A stretch of DNA of 24,000 nt from an uncultured Clostridia bacterium (GTDB taxonomy: Bacteria > Bacillota > Clostridia > Lachnospirales > Cellulosilyticaceae). The stretch is from contig CALJNR010000005.1 of NCBI GenBank assembly GCA_937981575.1, positions 1,126 through 25,125 on the forward strand. The letters are read 5' to 3'. The translations under genes were made by a program, and so were the position numbers. Of this stretch, positions 1-9,380 are shown in pieces. Within the stretch, counting starts at the first letter, position 1, and each line of letters begins with the position of its first letter. Under the pieces are notes generated by a model that was not told the DNA's origin, did no database searches, and was given only the letters and a program-made list of their open reading frames with translations.

Positions 1-255
1 GAGTATAATATTCTTTGTACTGAAAAAGCTGTATATGTTAGGCCAGGTTTTCAAAAAGCAATTTATAAGTTTGATATGGGCAGGCATGTGACTATTCCAA
101 GAAATATTACAGGCAAGAAGATTAGCTTTAATGGGTCGATGGCCCCTTCAAAAGGAGGAACGATCGAACTTGTTAATGCATCCCTTCGTAAGCGGGCACG
201 GATTACAGTAAGAATAGCAACAGGCAAAACAACTATTTATTATGAAAAGTATTGA
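1..255 (+). CDS. 3' end of a CDS running in from the left edge; hypothetical protein, possibly pseudopilin-like
   Basis: Frame 1 is open from base 1 to TGA at 253-255 (...GTIELVNASLRKRARITVRIATGKTTIYYEKY*). Same strand as the downstream genes. The product guess rests only on a weak resemblance to the C-terminal beta-strands of pseudopilins. Confidence 0.4.
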   Translation, partial: EYNILCTEKAVYVRPGFQKAIYKFDMGRHVTIPRNITGKKISFNGSMAPSKGGTIELVNASLRKRARITVRIATGKTTIYYEKY

Positions 256-299
256 ATAGACCTAGAGCACTAAGCAAACATACAGCTTAAAAATATAAA

Positions 300-839
300 A
301 TGACGATAAAGAGGGTAATGATGGAAAGCAGTATTTATTTGATAGGATTTATGGGCAGCGGAAAGTCTACAATCGGTCAAGATGTTGCCAAAATACTCGA
401 TTATCAGTGGGTCGATCTCGATCACTATATTGAAGAGAATGAAAAAGCTTCAATTAAAGTATTATTTGAGCAATATGGAGAAGACTATTTTAGGACACTT
501 GAAGCTAAGACTCTAAAATCACTTATTACAGAGAAAAAATGGGTGGTTTCAACAGGTGGCGGCGTTATCGTCAGGCCGGAAAACATAGAGCTTTTGAAAT
601 CACAAAATACTTTCTATCTTAAATGGGATTTTGATACGCTTTATAAGCGAATTGCCGGGGATAGAGCAAGACCGCTGGTTAAAAGCTATGAGCAGCTTCA
701 AGAACTTTATTTTGCAAGAGAAAAGCTTTATGAACGCTCATGCAGCAGCATGATAGAAGGGGAAGGAAAAAGTATACAGGAAATATCTGAGGAGATTATT
801 CATAGGATGGAGAAGAGAGATGAAAACAGCAGTTATTAA
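300..839 (+). CDS. aroK: Shikimate kinase
   Basis: Walker A motif GFMGSGKST near the N-terminus; size and GGG(V/I) motif are typical of AroK. The true start is probably ATG 318 or 321, downstream of AAGAGGG at 308-314, rather than 300. It overlaps aroQ by 20 nt. Confidence 0.85.
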   Translation: MTIKRVMMESSIYLIGFMGSGKSTIGQDVAKILDYQWVDLDHYIEENEKASIKVLFEQYGEDYFRTLEAKTLKSLITEKKWVVSTGGGVIVRPENIELLKSQNTFYLKWDFDTLYKRIAGDRARPLVKSYEQLQELYFAREKLYERSCSSMIEGEGKSIQEISEEIIHRMEKRDENSSY

Positions 840-1260
840 TGGGCCTAACCTTAACTTTTTAGGAATCAGAGAACCGCATATTTATGGCAGTGAATCACTG
901 CAGGATTTAGAGCAGAGGATTGTGAAGTATGGGCAGGATAAAGGTTTAGAAATCATATGTTTTCAGTCTAATTTCGAAGGGGCTATCATCGATTTTATGC
1001 AAAAGTGCTACCAGGATCAGGTAAGCGGCATCGTAATGAATCCAGGGGCCTATACTCATTACAGCTATGCCATAGCAGATGCGATTAAAAGTATCAAGCT
1101 GCCGGTTGTAGAAGTACATATTTCAAATATTCATGCCAGAGAAGACTTTAGAAAAACTTCAGTAACAGCTGCTTCATGTATTGGGGTTATTGAAGGGTTT
1201 GGTTTTGACAGCTATTTTATTGCTCTGGATGCACTCATTCGAAAAATTGCAGATCACTAA
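820..1260 (+). CDS. aroQ: 3-dehydroquinate dehydratase, type II
   Basis: The N-terminus INGPNLNFLGIREPHIYG and the motifs NPGAYTHYS and EVHISNIHARE are hallmarks of type II DHQase; 146 aa. Confidence 0.92.
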   Translation: MKTAVINGPNLNFLGIREPHIYGSESLQDLEQRIVKYGQDKGLEIICFQSNFEGAIIDFMQKCYQDQVSGIVMNPGAYTHYSYAIADAIKSIKLPVVEVHISNIHAREDFRKTSVTAASCIGVIEGFGFDSYFIALDALIRKIADH

Positions 1261-1275
1261 GAAAGAAGGAAATGT

Positions 1276-2358
1276 ATGAACCTTAGAATGAATAAGCTAT
1301 TACGTAAGATGGAAGAGGCCAAACTGGATGCCCTTCTTATTGGCAGCAGGCCAAACAGGCTTTATATGAGCGGCTTTACAGGATCCAGCGGGATGGTATA
1401 TATTTCTCACAAAAAACAGGTTCTTATTACAGATTTCAGATATATGGAGCAAGTGAGCACCCAGTGCCAAGACTTTGAAGTTGTTAATCAAGGGAGCAGC
1501 GGGCTCATTCAAGCAGCAGTAAAAATAGCAAAAGAAGATGGAGCAAGGTATATTGGCTTTGAAAGTGCTCATACTAACTATACAACTTATTTAACTTTTA
1601 AAGAACATGAAGGTTTAGAATGGATTCCGACTCAGAATATTGTCGAGGGCCTCAGGCAAATTAAAGACAGCGATGAAATCAGCAGTCTTAAAAAGGCAGA
1701 ACAAATAGGGGATCTAGCCTTTTCTCATATTATTTCTTTTATAAAAGAAAACTATCGAAACGGCCTTACTGAAAATGATGTGGCATTAGAGCTGGAAAAT
1801 ATCATGAAAAAAAAGGGTGCGGGGAGTTTGTCTTTTCCGGCCATTGTAGCCGCAGGTGCAAAGTCATCACTGCCCCATGCTGAACCAGGCAATGATAAGC
1901 TTAAAATCGGAGATCTTGTCGTTCTTGATTTTGGATGTGTTTATGAAGGGTACTGCTCTGATATGACAAGGACACTGGTTATTGGAGAACCCACAAAAAA
2001 GCAGAAGCTGGTTTATGATACGGTTTTACAGGCGCAGCTGGCAGCGCTCCAAATGATAAAGCCAGGGCTAAAAGGTCAGGAAGTAGATCACGCAGCCAGA
2101 AGGATTATAGAAGAAGCTGGATTTGGAGAGAACTTCGGTCATGGGCTTGGACACTCTGTAGGGCTTGAAATTCATGAAAGTCCAAGACTTTCGCCGTTAG
2201 ATGCGACTGTTCTTGAAGCAGGCATGGCAGTAACTGTCGAACCGGGAATTTATATTTCTGGATTTGGAGGCGTAAGAATAGAAGATTTAGTCGTACTTAC
2301 AGAGTGCGGCTATGAGAATCTGACATATTCTTCAAAAGAACTTATAGTTATTGCTTAA
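1276..2358 (+). CDS. Xaa-Pro aminopeptidase/dipeptidase, M24B family
   Basis: Creatinase-like N-terminal domain plus a pita-bread fold with metal-ligand motifs (DFGCVYEGYCSDMTRT, HGLGHSVGLEIHE, VEPGIY, RIEDLV). Same position as yqhT upstream of efp in Bacillus. Confidence 0.9.
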   Translation: MNLRMNKLLRKMEEAKLDALLIGSRPNRLYMSGFTGSSGMVYISHKKQVLITDFRYMEQVSTQCQDFEVVNQGSSGLIQAAVKIAKEDGARYIGFESAHTNYTTYLTFKEHEGLEWIPTQNIVEGLRQIKDSDEISSLKKAEQIGDLAFSHIISFIKENYRNGLTENDVALELENIMKKKGAGSLSFPAIVAAGAKSSLPHAEPGNDKLKIGDLVVLDFGCVYEGYCSDMTRTLVIGEPTKKQKLVYDTVLQAQLAALQMIKPGLKGQEVDHAARRIIEEAGFGENFGHGLGHSVGLEIHESPRLSPLDATVLEAGMAVTVEPGIYISGFGGVRIEDLVVLTECGYENLTYSSKELIVIA

Positions 2359-2431
2359 AATAAAAAAATCGTTGAAAAATTGAAAAATGTGGTTTACACT
2401 ATATGAGAAAAGATAATTAGGAGGAAATGTA

Positions 2432-2989
2432 ATGATCTCAGCAGGTGATTTTAGAAATGGGGTTACAATAGAATACGAAGGTAACTTATTTCAAATTATT
2501 GAATTTCAACATGTAAAACCAGGTAAAGGTGCGGCTTTTGTACGCTGTAAATTAAGAAATATAAGGACAGGCGGCGTTATAGAAAAAACTTTTCGTCCAA
2601 GTGAAAAAGTACCAAAAGCTCACATAGACCGTAAAGATATGCAGTATTTATATTCTGATGGCGAACTCTTTCATTTTATGGATGTTAATACTTATGATCA
2701 AATTGCCCTTAATGCTTCATCTATTGGAGAAAGTCTTAAATTTGTTAAAGAAAATGAAATGGTTAAAGTCCTTTCACATCAAGGAACTGTATTTGATATT
2801 GAGCCACCGCTTAATGTTGAACTTCAGATTATTGAAACTGAACCAGGCTTTAAAGGGGATACAGCTACTGGAGCAACAAAACCTGCTATTGTAGAAACAG
2901 GAGCAAAAGTAATGGTTCCGCTATTTATTGAACAAGGAGAAGTTATCCGCATTGATACCCGCAACGGAGAATATACAGGAAGAGCTTAA
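2432..2989 (+). CDS. efp: Translation elongation factor P
   Basis: 185 aa with the conserved loop [17 protein letters not shown] carrying the modified Lys. A strong RBS, AGGAGG, lies upstream. Confidence 0.97.
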   Translation: MISAGDFRNGVTIEYEGNLFQIIEFQHVKPGKGAAFVRCKLRNIRTGGVIEKTFRPSEKVPKAHIDRKDMQYLYSDGELFHFMDVNTYDQIALNASSIGESLKFVKENEMVKVLSHQGTVFDIEPPLNVELQIIETEPGFKGDTATGATKPAIVETGAKVMVPLFIEQGEVIRIDTRNGEYTGRA

Positions 2990-3003
2990 GACATAAAAGT
3001 TGG

Positions 3004-3036
3004 AGCAGTAGATGAATAAGATCTGCTGCTTTTTTT
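3004..3036 (+). terminator. Rho-independent terminator after efp
   Basis: 10-bp stem AGCAGTAGAT (3004-3013) / ATCTGCTGCT (3021-3030) with one G-U pair and loop GAATAAG, followed by TTTTTT at 3031-3036. Confidence 0.8.
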
Positions 3037-3069
3037 AAAATCTATTTATAGAGATTTAGGGGGATTAGA

Positions 3070-4785
3070 GTGTATGATTTAAATAATAATCCATATCAAA
3101 GAGAATATAGACGGATTAAGCTATGGATTCTGTTAAATGTATTATTGTATGTAACGATTGAGTGTATTAGCTCATTAAATGTTACAGAGCGGTTTCTTTA
3201 TCTTGCAGGGCATTTGGATATTATTTTAATCAATTTTACTATTTTGCTTATTATTACCTGCCCATGCCTATTGTTCCATAAAATGGCTTTTGTGTTTAAT
3301 CTGCTCGCAATAGGTATTTTGGGGATTACTTATGCGAGCCGCATTTTATTGGTCATCAGAGGGCTTCCGCTTAGATGGCCGGACTTTTTTATCGCCAAAG
3401 AGGGGCTTTCTATTGCTGATAAATATTTATCACCAGATCTTATTCTGCTTATTATCATTTTAACGACTATGGGGATTTTTTTGCTCACCAAGTCTTATTC
3501 GTGCCGAAGAGACTTATATCATCCAAAGCTCGTTGCATGTTTTATTGTGCTTATTACAACCCTTAATTTTGTTGTCATCTCGAAGGCACAAAAAAATGAT
3601 CCGCTCGAAATGAAAAAAAGCATGGATTATAGTGAAGAAGGGATGGTGTATTCTTTTGTCACATCGTATGAATCCAATAATGAAGCAGAACCACCACATT
3701 ATTCTAAGGAAAGGCTTAGCAGCTTGCGTGCACAGCTGAATAAAAACATTATCATGCCCATTAGCAGCAAAGATCCTAATATTATTTTTCTGCAGGTTGA
3801 GTCTTTTATTGATCCTATGGAACTCAAAGACCTGACATATAGCCAGGATCCTATTCCTAGAATGCGGCAGTATCTTGGAAGCAGCTGGAGCGGCATGCTG
3901 GAGGTCCCGGATATTAATACAGCCCGAACAGAATTTGAGATATTAACAGGTATTAAAATTTCTCAGCTCTTTAAATATGAAGTACCGTATACCAGCGATG
4001 CAATGGATGGAAGACCCATTGAATCAGTTGCACATGTTTTAAGAAAATATAAAAACTATCATACAACAGCTATCCATAATCACGAGGGCAGCTTTTATCA
4101 TAGGGATCAAGTTTATGGAGTTTTGGGCTTTGATCATTTTATTGCGCTTGAACAGATGGAAGGTGTGGCGTATTCTAAAAACTGGCCGAAGGATATTGTG
4201 CTGCTGAAGTATATTACAGAAACGTTAGAGCGCACCGAGACAAGAGATTTTATTTTTGCGGTTACTGTAGGAACACACTCAAGCTACGATTATGACTATG
4301 AGGAAAATACCAGTGGAATTACCATCAGTGGAGATAAAGATATAAGAGTGATTCATCAAGTACAAGATTATATTGATAGGTTTAGTGAAACAGATCAATT
4401 TGTTGGACAGCTTATTGATTATGTGCATCAAATGAAAGAGCCAACCATTCTTGTAGTGTATGGAGATCATATTCCGGCACTTGATGCGATTACGTATGAC
4501 AAAGACTATGTGAAAGATCAGGTTCCTTATTTTGTAATCAGCAACTATTCATTAAGGCATCAAAAAAGTTCTGTTCTTCCTGCCTATAGAATGTATACGG
4601 AGGTACTAAATGCGGCGGGAATTAAGGGCGGAATGATATGGGCAGTTCATAATATTTTTAAAGACAGAGCCAATTACTTTGAGACGCTGCAATTAATTGC
4701 TTATGATTTAGTACTCGGGAACCGCTGGATATCAGATGGACAAGATATTTATAAACCTTCAGATTTAAAACTAGGGACACCTTAA
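3070..4785 (+). CDS. Polytopic membrane protein with an extracellular sulfatase/alkaline-phosphatase-superfamily domain (LTA synthase-like)
   Basis: GTG start about 6 nt after GGGGGA. About 170 aa of hydrophobic N-terminal helices are followed by a soluble domain with FLQVESF and VVYGDH motifs typical of LtaS/sulfatase-family enzymes. The family call is from motif recognition only. Confidence 0.7.
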   Translation: MYDLNNNPYQREYRRIKLWILLNVLLYVTIECISSLNVTERFLYLAGHLDIILINFTILLIITCPCLLFHKMAFVFNLLAIGILGITYASRILLVIRGLPLRWPDFFIAKEGLSIADKYLSPDLILLIIILTTMGIFLLTKSYSCRRDLYHPKLVACFIVLITTLNFVVISKAQKNDPLEMKKSMDYSEEGMVYSFVTSYESNNEAEPPHYSKERLSSLRAQLNKNIIMPISSKDPNIIFLQVESFIDPMELKDLTYSQDPIPRMRQYLGSSWSGMLEVPDINTARTEFEILTGIKISQLFKYEVPYTSDAMDGRPIESVAHVLRKYKNYHTTAIHNHEGSFYHRDQVYGVLGFDHFIALEQMEGVAYSKNWPKDIVLLKYITETLERTETRDFIFAVTVGTHSSYDYDYEENTSGITISGDKDIRVIHQVQDYIDRFSETDQFVGQLIDYVHQMKEPTILVVYGDHIPALDAITYDKDYVKDQVPYFVISNYSLRHQKSSVLPAYRMYTEVLNAAGIKGGMIWAVHNIFKDRANYFETLQLIAYDLVLGNRWISDGQDIYKPSDLKLGTP

Positions 4786-4788
4786 AAA

Positions 4789-4843
4789 AATAAGAAGCTG
4801 TGTTAAAAGATCCAGATCTTTTAGCACAGCTTCTTATTTTTTT
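4789..4843 (+). terminator. Long-stem rho-independent terminator, potentially bidirectional
   Basis: About 22-bp near-perfect inverted repeat AATAAGAAGCTGTGTTAAAAGA (4789-4810) / TCTTTTAGCACAGCTTCTTATT (4817-4838), with an A-run upstream and a T-run downstream. Confidence 0.85.
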
Positions 4844-4918
4844 AAAAACATATTCTGTTCTAGTCCAAAAAAAAGGCGCATATATTTAAGTATTAGTATT
4901 TTACAAAGGAGGACGAGT

Positions 4919-5863
4919 ATGAAATGTGAAGGGATAATCAGCATGATGCCAAGTGGAATTAAGGGCATGCTGCTGCATTTGGATAATGAACAGTATGATA
5001 CGCTTCAGGAAATAAGACTTCGAATAGGAAAGCCGCTGATTTTAGTTTTGAAGGGAGAAGAGTATGGCCTTGGGCGTGAAGGAATCTGCAGTGTTCAAAA
5101 CAGTTATTTGGTTAATCCAGAGGATATGGATGCCATTATCAAGTATATGAGTGGGTTTTCACTTTATGCACTGGAAGATGAACTCAGACAGGGATACATA
5201 ACGATAGAAGGCGGGCACCGGGTAGGGATTGCTGGTAAAGCTGTTGTTGAAAAGCAAGGAATCAAAACAATAAAGCATATTAGTGCACTCAATATAAGAA
5301 TTGCTCACGAGGTTATTAACTGCAGTAAAGGGATTATGCCATACATTTTAAAACGGGACAAGGTCTATCATACGCTGATCGTTTCCCCGCCTAAATGTGG
5401 AAAAACAACGCTGCTTAGGGATATCATCAGGAATCTAAGCAATGGGTATAGCGGATTTGGCCCTTATACTGTAGGGGTAGTTGATGAAAGATCAGAAATA
5501 GCTGGCTGCTACCAAGGGATACCTCAAAATGATGTGGGAATGAGGACGGATGTTTTAGATGGATGCCCTAAGGTTGAAGGCATGCGGATGCTGCTTAGGG
5601 CTATGTCGCCAGATGTTATTGCTGTAGATGAAATAGGAAAGAAGGAAGATATTTTAGCTTTGCAGGAAGTGTTAAGTGCAGGCGTTGCCGTTATTAGCAC
5701 AGTCCATGGCAAAGATATTGAGGATTGCAGAAAAAAACCTATTCTTAATGAACTCATAGAAAATGCTTTTTTTGAAAGAATCATTGTGCTTTCAAACCGC
5801 CTTGGACCCTGTACGATAGAAGAGATTTTAGATGCCCGTAATTGTCTAAATAGATTAAGGTAA
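4919..5863 (+). CDS. spoIIIAA: Stage III sporulation protein AA (ATPase)
   Basis: Walker A SPPKCGKTTLLRD and Walker B-like VIAVDEIG. First gene of an eight-gene cluster with the canonical spoIIIA order. RBS AAAGGAGG upstream. Confidence 0.93.
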   Translation: MKCEGIISMMPSGIKGMLLHLDNEQYDTLQEIRLRIGKPLILVLKGEEYGLGREGICSVQNSYLVNPEDMDAIIKYMSGFSLYALEDELRQGYITIEGGHRVGIAGKAVVEKQGIKTIKHISALNIRIAHEVINCSKGIMPYILKRDKVYHTLIVSPPKCGKTTLLRDIIRNLSNGYSGFGPYTVGVVDERSEIAGCYQGIPQNDVGMRTDVLDGCPKVEGMRMLLRAMSPDVIAVDEIGKKEDILALQEVLSAGVAVISTVHGKDIEDCRKKPILNELIENAFFERIIVLSNRLGPCTIEEILDARNCLNRLR

Positions 5864-5873
5864 GGTGAAAAGG

Positions 5874-6389
5874 ATGAAATTATTAGGGATAACAATCGTA
5901 TTTATTAGCTGCAGTATGTGTGGGTTTATTATTGATTGGAATGAAAATAAGCGGCTAAAGGAACTTGAAAAATTTATTTACGCCTTTGAACTGTTAAAGG
6001 CAGAAATAGATTATAGACTGACACCACTTCAGGAAGCTGCACTTTATGTAAGTCATCTGACAACGGATGGGATAAAAAAGGTGTTTGCAGCTTTTGCAAG
6101 TGCCTTAGAGAGCAGGGAATATAGTGACCTTAATTTGATGTGGGAACAGGCGCTTTGCACCCATCATGGGGAGTTTCATTTAAGGCCAGACGACGTCACG
6201 ATGCTCAGTGAATTCAGTAATGCCTGTGGTTATTTGGATAAAAACATGCAGAAAAAAAATATAGACATGCTTATTTATAAGTTAAAAGAAGAGCTTACAG
6301 CTTCCAGAGAAAAATATCAAAAGCATAGTAAACTCAACAAATATTTAGGCGTACTGGCTGGAGCATGCGTGAGTATATTTTTAATTTAG
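5874..6389 (+). CDS. spoIIIAB: Stage III sporulation protein AB
   Basis: About 171 aa with an N-terminal TM helix and a C-terminal TM helix, in the position expected for SpoIIIAB. ATG 5874 lies 6 nt after AAGGTG; the ORF track's GTG at 5865 is an alternative start. Confidence 0.88.
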   Translation: MKLLGITIVFISCSMCGFIIDWNENKRLKELEKFIYAFELLKAEIDYRLTPLQEAALYVSHLTTDGIKKVFAAFASALESREYSDLNLMWEQALCTHHGEFHLRPDDVTMLSEFSNACGYLDKNMQKKNIDMLIYKLKEELTASREKYQKHSKLNKYLGVLAGACVSIFLI

Positions 6390-6397
6390 GAGGATAA

Positions 6398-6598
6398 ATG
6401 ATGTTTGATATAGCTATTATCTTTAAGCTCGCTGGACTTGGTCTTGGTATTACTATTTTAAATACAGTGCTTAAAAAAGTTGGTGCAGATGAATGGATTT
6501 TTCCTATTACAATTGTAGGGGTAATTATGGCACTCCTTACAGTAGTAACCTATATTTCGAAACTTTTCGAGGCAGTTCAGACAATGTTTACATTTTAG
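6398..6598 (+). CDS. spoIIIAC: Stage III sporulation protein AC
   Basis: 66-aa two-TM protein (MMFDIAIIFKLAGLGLGITILNTVLKK...) in the canonical position. RBS AGGAGG upstream. Confidence 0.9.
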   Translation: MMFDIAIIFKLAGLGLGITILNTVLKKVGADEWIFPITIVGVIMALLTVVTYISKLFEAVQTMFTF

Positions 6599-6609
6599 GA
6601 GGGCACGAT

Positions 6610-7002
6610 ATGGAGATGCTAAGGCTGGTGGGATTTGGCATTATTGCGGCCACCTTGATTATTACGCTAGGTAAATTCAGCGATCAGCATGCTGTCTTTG
6701 GGCTCATTATTCGCGTTGTAACGGTTATTATATTTATGATTTTTATTTTGCAGCATCTTAGCAGTGTCTTTGAAGTCATCAAAGAACTTTCACATAAAGT
6801 GCAGATGGATAGCACCTATTTAGATATTATTTTAAAAATCATAGGCATTGCATATATTGCCGAGTTTGGTTATCAGCTGTGTAAAGATGCGGGGGAAGAA
6901 GCCATCGGAACCAAAATTCAATTTGCAGGGAAGGTTATGATTTTTGTTATTTCATCTCCTGTTATCCTTGCGCTTGTAGCACTTATCACAGAGTTATTAT
7001 AA
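6610..7002 (+). CDS. spoIIIAD: Stage III sporulation protein AD
   Basis: ATG 6610 is in frame with ORF 6493..7002 and preceded by AGGAGG at 6597-6602. The product MEMLRLVGFGIIAA...IGIAYIAEFGYQLCKDAGEE matches the SpoIIIAD signature. The upstream 39 codons overlap spoIIIAC and look non-genic. Confidence 0.9.
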   Translation: MEMLRLVGFGIIAATLIITLGKFSDQHAVFGLIIRVVTVIIFMIFILQHLSSVFEVIKELSHKVQMDSTYLDIILKIIGIAYIAEFGYQLCKDAGEEAIGTKIQFAGKVMIFVISSPVILALVALITELL

Positions 7003-7016
7003 GATGAGGTGTAAAA

Positions 7017-8201
7017 ATGAGACAAAAGAAAAGTTTGTATTTACTGCTGGTGATAGTTTTTTGCTTTTTTAGTTTTATTACTTTTGTTTATGGACAAGAA
7101 CTCGAGAGCTATGAAATGAACAAGCAGGAAATAATAGATTATCAAATGAATTTTTTTAATTGGGATGAGATTAATAAAGTAGAAAGCAGACTCAAAGCAT
7201 CTATGCCAAATATAAGCACATTTAATTTAAAAGATGAAGTGCTGAGCATGATTAAAGGAGAAAAAAGATTTTCACTGCAAGGGCTATTGGATGCGGCAAG
7301 CAGGCTTTTGTTTGAAGAAATAGAAGTTTTTATAAAACTTGGGGTCCGGTTTATCCTGATCGTTCTGCTGTGTAATCTCTTAGAGACACTTAGCGCATCG
7401 TTTAAAAGCAAAAATACAACACAGATTTCTTTTTTTGTTTGCTATATTGTTGTACTTTATAGTGTTATTCAATCCTTCTTTGTAATGGTTGAGCTGGCAC
7501 GAAGCGCAATAGACCGGATGGGAGAAATTATGTTTGCATGTGTACCAAGCTTACTCGCTTTTCTCACAACGTCCGGATATGTGACGACAGCTGCTTCAGC
7601 GGCCCCTGTAGTTATAGGCGGACTGAATCTTAGTACATATGTTATTAAGCATTTAATACTTCCATGCATCATTTCAGTAGTTGTACTAGATGTTATCAGT
7701 ACAATGAGCAGTGAGTTTAAAATTGACAAGCTTATCGCACTGTTTTATAAGGGCATGAAATGGATACTGAAAGGAATTTTAATAGCAAGTGTCGGCATAC
7801 TTGGGTTTTACAAAATGACACTTCCTTATGTTGATACAACTGTCAGAAAGGCTGCAACGAATATTTCAGCAGCTTTTATTCCAGTTATAGGGGATGCAGT
7901 CGGCAGTGCAGTAGACTTTGTGGTTAATTATTCCTTTCTTGTAAAAAATGCTTTTTCTGCGGGGGTCATTTTATGGATTGTAATGATCGTCAGTCTGCCG
8001 CTTATTAAAATACTTGCTTATGTTATTGTCTACCATGCTGCAGCTGCTGCTATTGAGCCTATTGGTGACAAAAAAATGGCAAGTATTGCAACAAGGCTCG
8101 CGAAGGGCTGTGAATTTATCATGAGCTGCGTCGGCATTGTAGCTGTACTGTGTATCGTTGTGCTGCTTATTTGTATCAGCGTGGGCGGCAACATGATCTA
8201 G
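7017..8201 (+). CDS. spoIIIAE: Stage III sporulation protein AE
   Basis: 394-aa protein with a signal/TM N-terminus and multiple C-terminal TM helices, fifth in the operon. Confidence 0.9.
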   Translation: MRQKKSLYLLLVIVFCFFSFITFVYGQELESYEMNKQEIIDYQMNFFNWDEINKVESRLKASMPNISTFNLKDEVLSMIKGEKRFSLQGLLDAASRLLFEEIEVFIKLGVRFILIVLLCNLLETLSASFKSKNTTQISFFVCYIVVLYSVIQSFFVMVELARSAIDRMGEIMFACVPSLLAFLTTSGYVTTAASAAPVVIGGLNLSTYVIKHLILPCIISVVVLDVISTMSSEFKIDKLIALFYKGMKWILKGILIASVGILGFYKMTLPYVDTTVRKAATNISAAFIPVIGDAVGSAVDFVVNYSFLVKNAFSAGVILWIVMIVSLPLIKILAYVIVYHAAAAAIEPIGDKKMASIATRLAKGCEFIMSCVGIVAVLCIVVLLICISVGGNMI

Positions 8202-8211
8202 GAGGATAAAA

Positions 8212-8793
8212 ATGAAAGAATACATTCAGATGTTCATATGGATTATGCTGTTTGTTATTGTTATTGAAATGATTTTTCCGGATTCCGATTATAAGAAGTA
8301 CCTAAAGCTTGTACTCGGATGCATTATTATGTACACCATTATTAAGCCTGCTGCACAGTTTATTCCTCTTGAAGGACAAAGTTATAATCAATATGTTGCA
8401 AGTTACCAAAGTAAGCTTTTAGAGGGGATGAACGGCATGGAAGAAGAAGGCTATAATAAAGAGGTTAGAAAACAAGCATCTCTTATTAAAGATACACTGT
8501 TAGTCAGCATAAAGACCGTCATTGAGAGAGAAATGAATGTCAGTGTGCTGGATGTTCAGGTGGACTATAAAAATGGAGAAGATGAAGCGGTTATTGATAC
8601 TGTTTACTTAATAGTCGGAAAAACTGAGGAAAGGGAGAATGGGAAAATCTTTATTCCAAAGATAAAACTCGGAGAAAAAAGCAGCAGTATAAACGGGGAT
8701 GAAGAAAAATTAAAAATAAAAATAAAAACTTGTCTTAAAAACTTCTATAATGTGCCGAGCAGTAATATATATATTACAGTACAGAAGAATTAA
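8212..8793 (+). CDS. spoIIIAF: Stage III sporulation protein AF
   Basis: 193 aa with two N-terminal TM helices (FIWIMLFVIVIEMIFP..., LVLGCIIMYTIIKP) and a soluble C-terminal domain, in the canonical position. Confidence 0.88.
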   Translation: MKEYIQMFIWIMLFVIVIEMIFPDSDYKKYLKLVLGCIIMYTIIKPAAQFIPLEGQSYNQYVASYQSKLLEGMNGMEEEGYNKEVRKQASLIKDTLLVSIKTVIEREMNVSVLDVQVDYKNGEDEAVIDTVYLIVGKTEERENGKIFIPKIKLGEKSSSINGDEEKLKIKIKTCLKNFYNVPSSNIYITVQKN

Positions 8794-8807
8794 AGGGAGG
8801 TGGGGGC

Positions 8808-9368
8808 ATGCTCGACAAGCTTTTCAAAGGGGCAAAAGATAGCAAGAAGCAAAAATATTTATACTTAGCAATAGGTATAGCGCTGCTCGGAATCGTCATA
8901 ACGTTTATACCTGCTAAGCAGCCAGATAACGGTCATAAGACTCAAAATGCTCCAATAGCACATGTTTCAAAGGACAGTACAAGTTATGAAGAAACACTGG
9001 AAAAAAGACTAGCAGATATTTTAGAAAAAATGGAGGGGGTTGGTCAGGTTGAAATTATGCTTACAACCTTTTCTAACGAAGAAAAGGTATTAGCAGAAGA
9101 GAAAACACAAAATTATCAGCATCAGGAAGAAAAAGATGAATCAGGAGGTATAAGGATATCAGAAAGAAATGATATGCAGAACCGCATTGTGCTGCAAAGC
9201 GGCAATACACCTTTTATCATCAAAGAGAATAAGCCTCAAATAGAAGGGGTGCTTGTATTAGCTGAAGGAGCTGACAGTGGCGTGGTGAAAGCTCAGATTA
9301 TTGAGTCAGTATCTAATGTCCTTCAAGTTCCAGTACATAAAATATCAGTATTTAAAAAACAAAATTAA
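8808..9368 (+). CDS. spoIIIAG: Stage III sporulation protein AG
   Basis: 186 aa with a single N-terminal TM helix and a C-terminal ring-building-type domain (VGQVEIMLT...IEGVLVLAEGA), in the canonical position. Confidence 0.88.
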   Translation: MLDKLFKGAKDSKKQKYLYLAIGIALLGIVITFIPAKQPDNGHKTQNAPIAHVSKDSTSYEETLEKRLADILEKMEGVGQVEIMLTTFSNEEKVLAEEKTQNYQHQEEKDESGGIRISERNDMQNRIVLQSGNTPFIIKENKPQIEGVLVLAEGADSGVVKAQIIESVSNVLQVPVHKISVFKKQN

Positions 9369-9380
9369 GGGGGATGTAGA

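Noticed and set aside
4849-4886. Possible sigma-E promoter for spoIIIA: CATATATT at 4879-4886 as a -10 element, with a CATATT further upstream at 4848-4853.
   Set aside because: The CATATT is about 25 nt from the -10-like element, which is too far. The sequence at the correct -35 distance (TTCTAGT) matches the consensus poorly. I cannot support the call without a weight matrix or TSS data.
6493-6609. N-terminal extension of the spoIIIAD ORF that overlaps spoIIIAC.
   Set aside because: The extension has no RBS and gives an atypical peptide (MDFSYYNCRGNYG...). A strong AGGAGG precedes the internal ATG at 6610, which yields a canonical SpoIIIAD.
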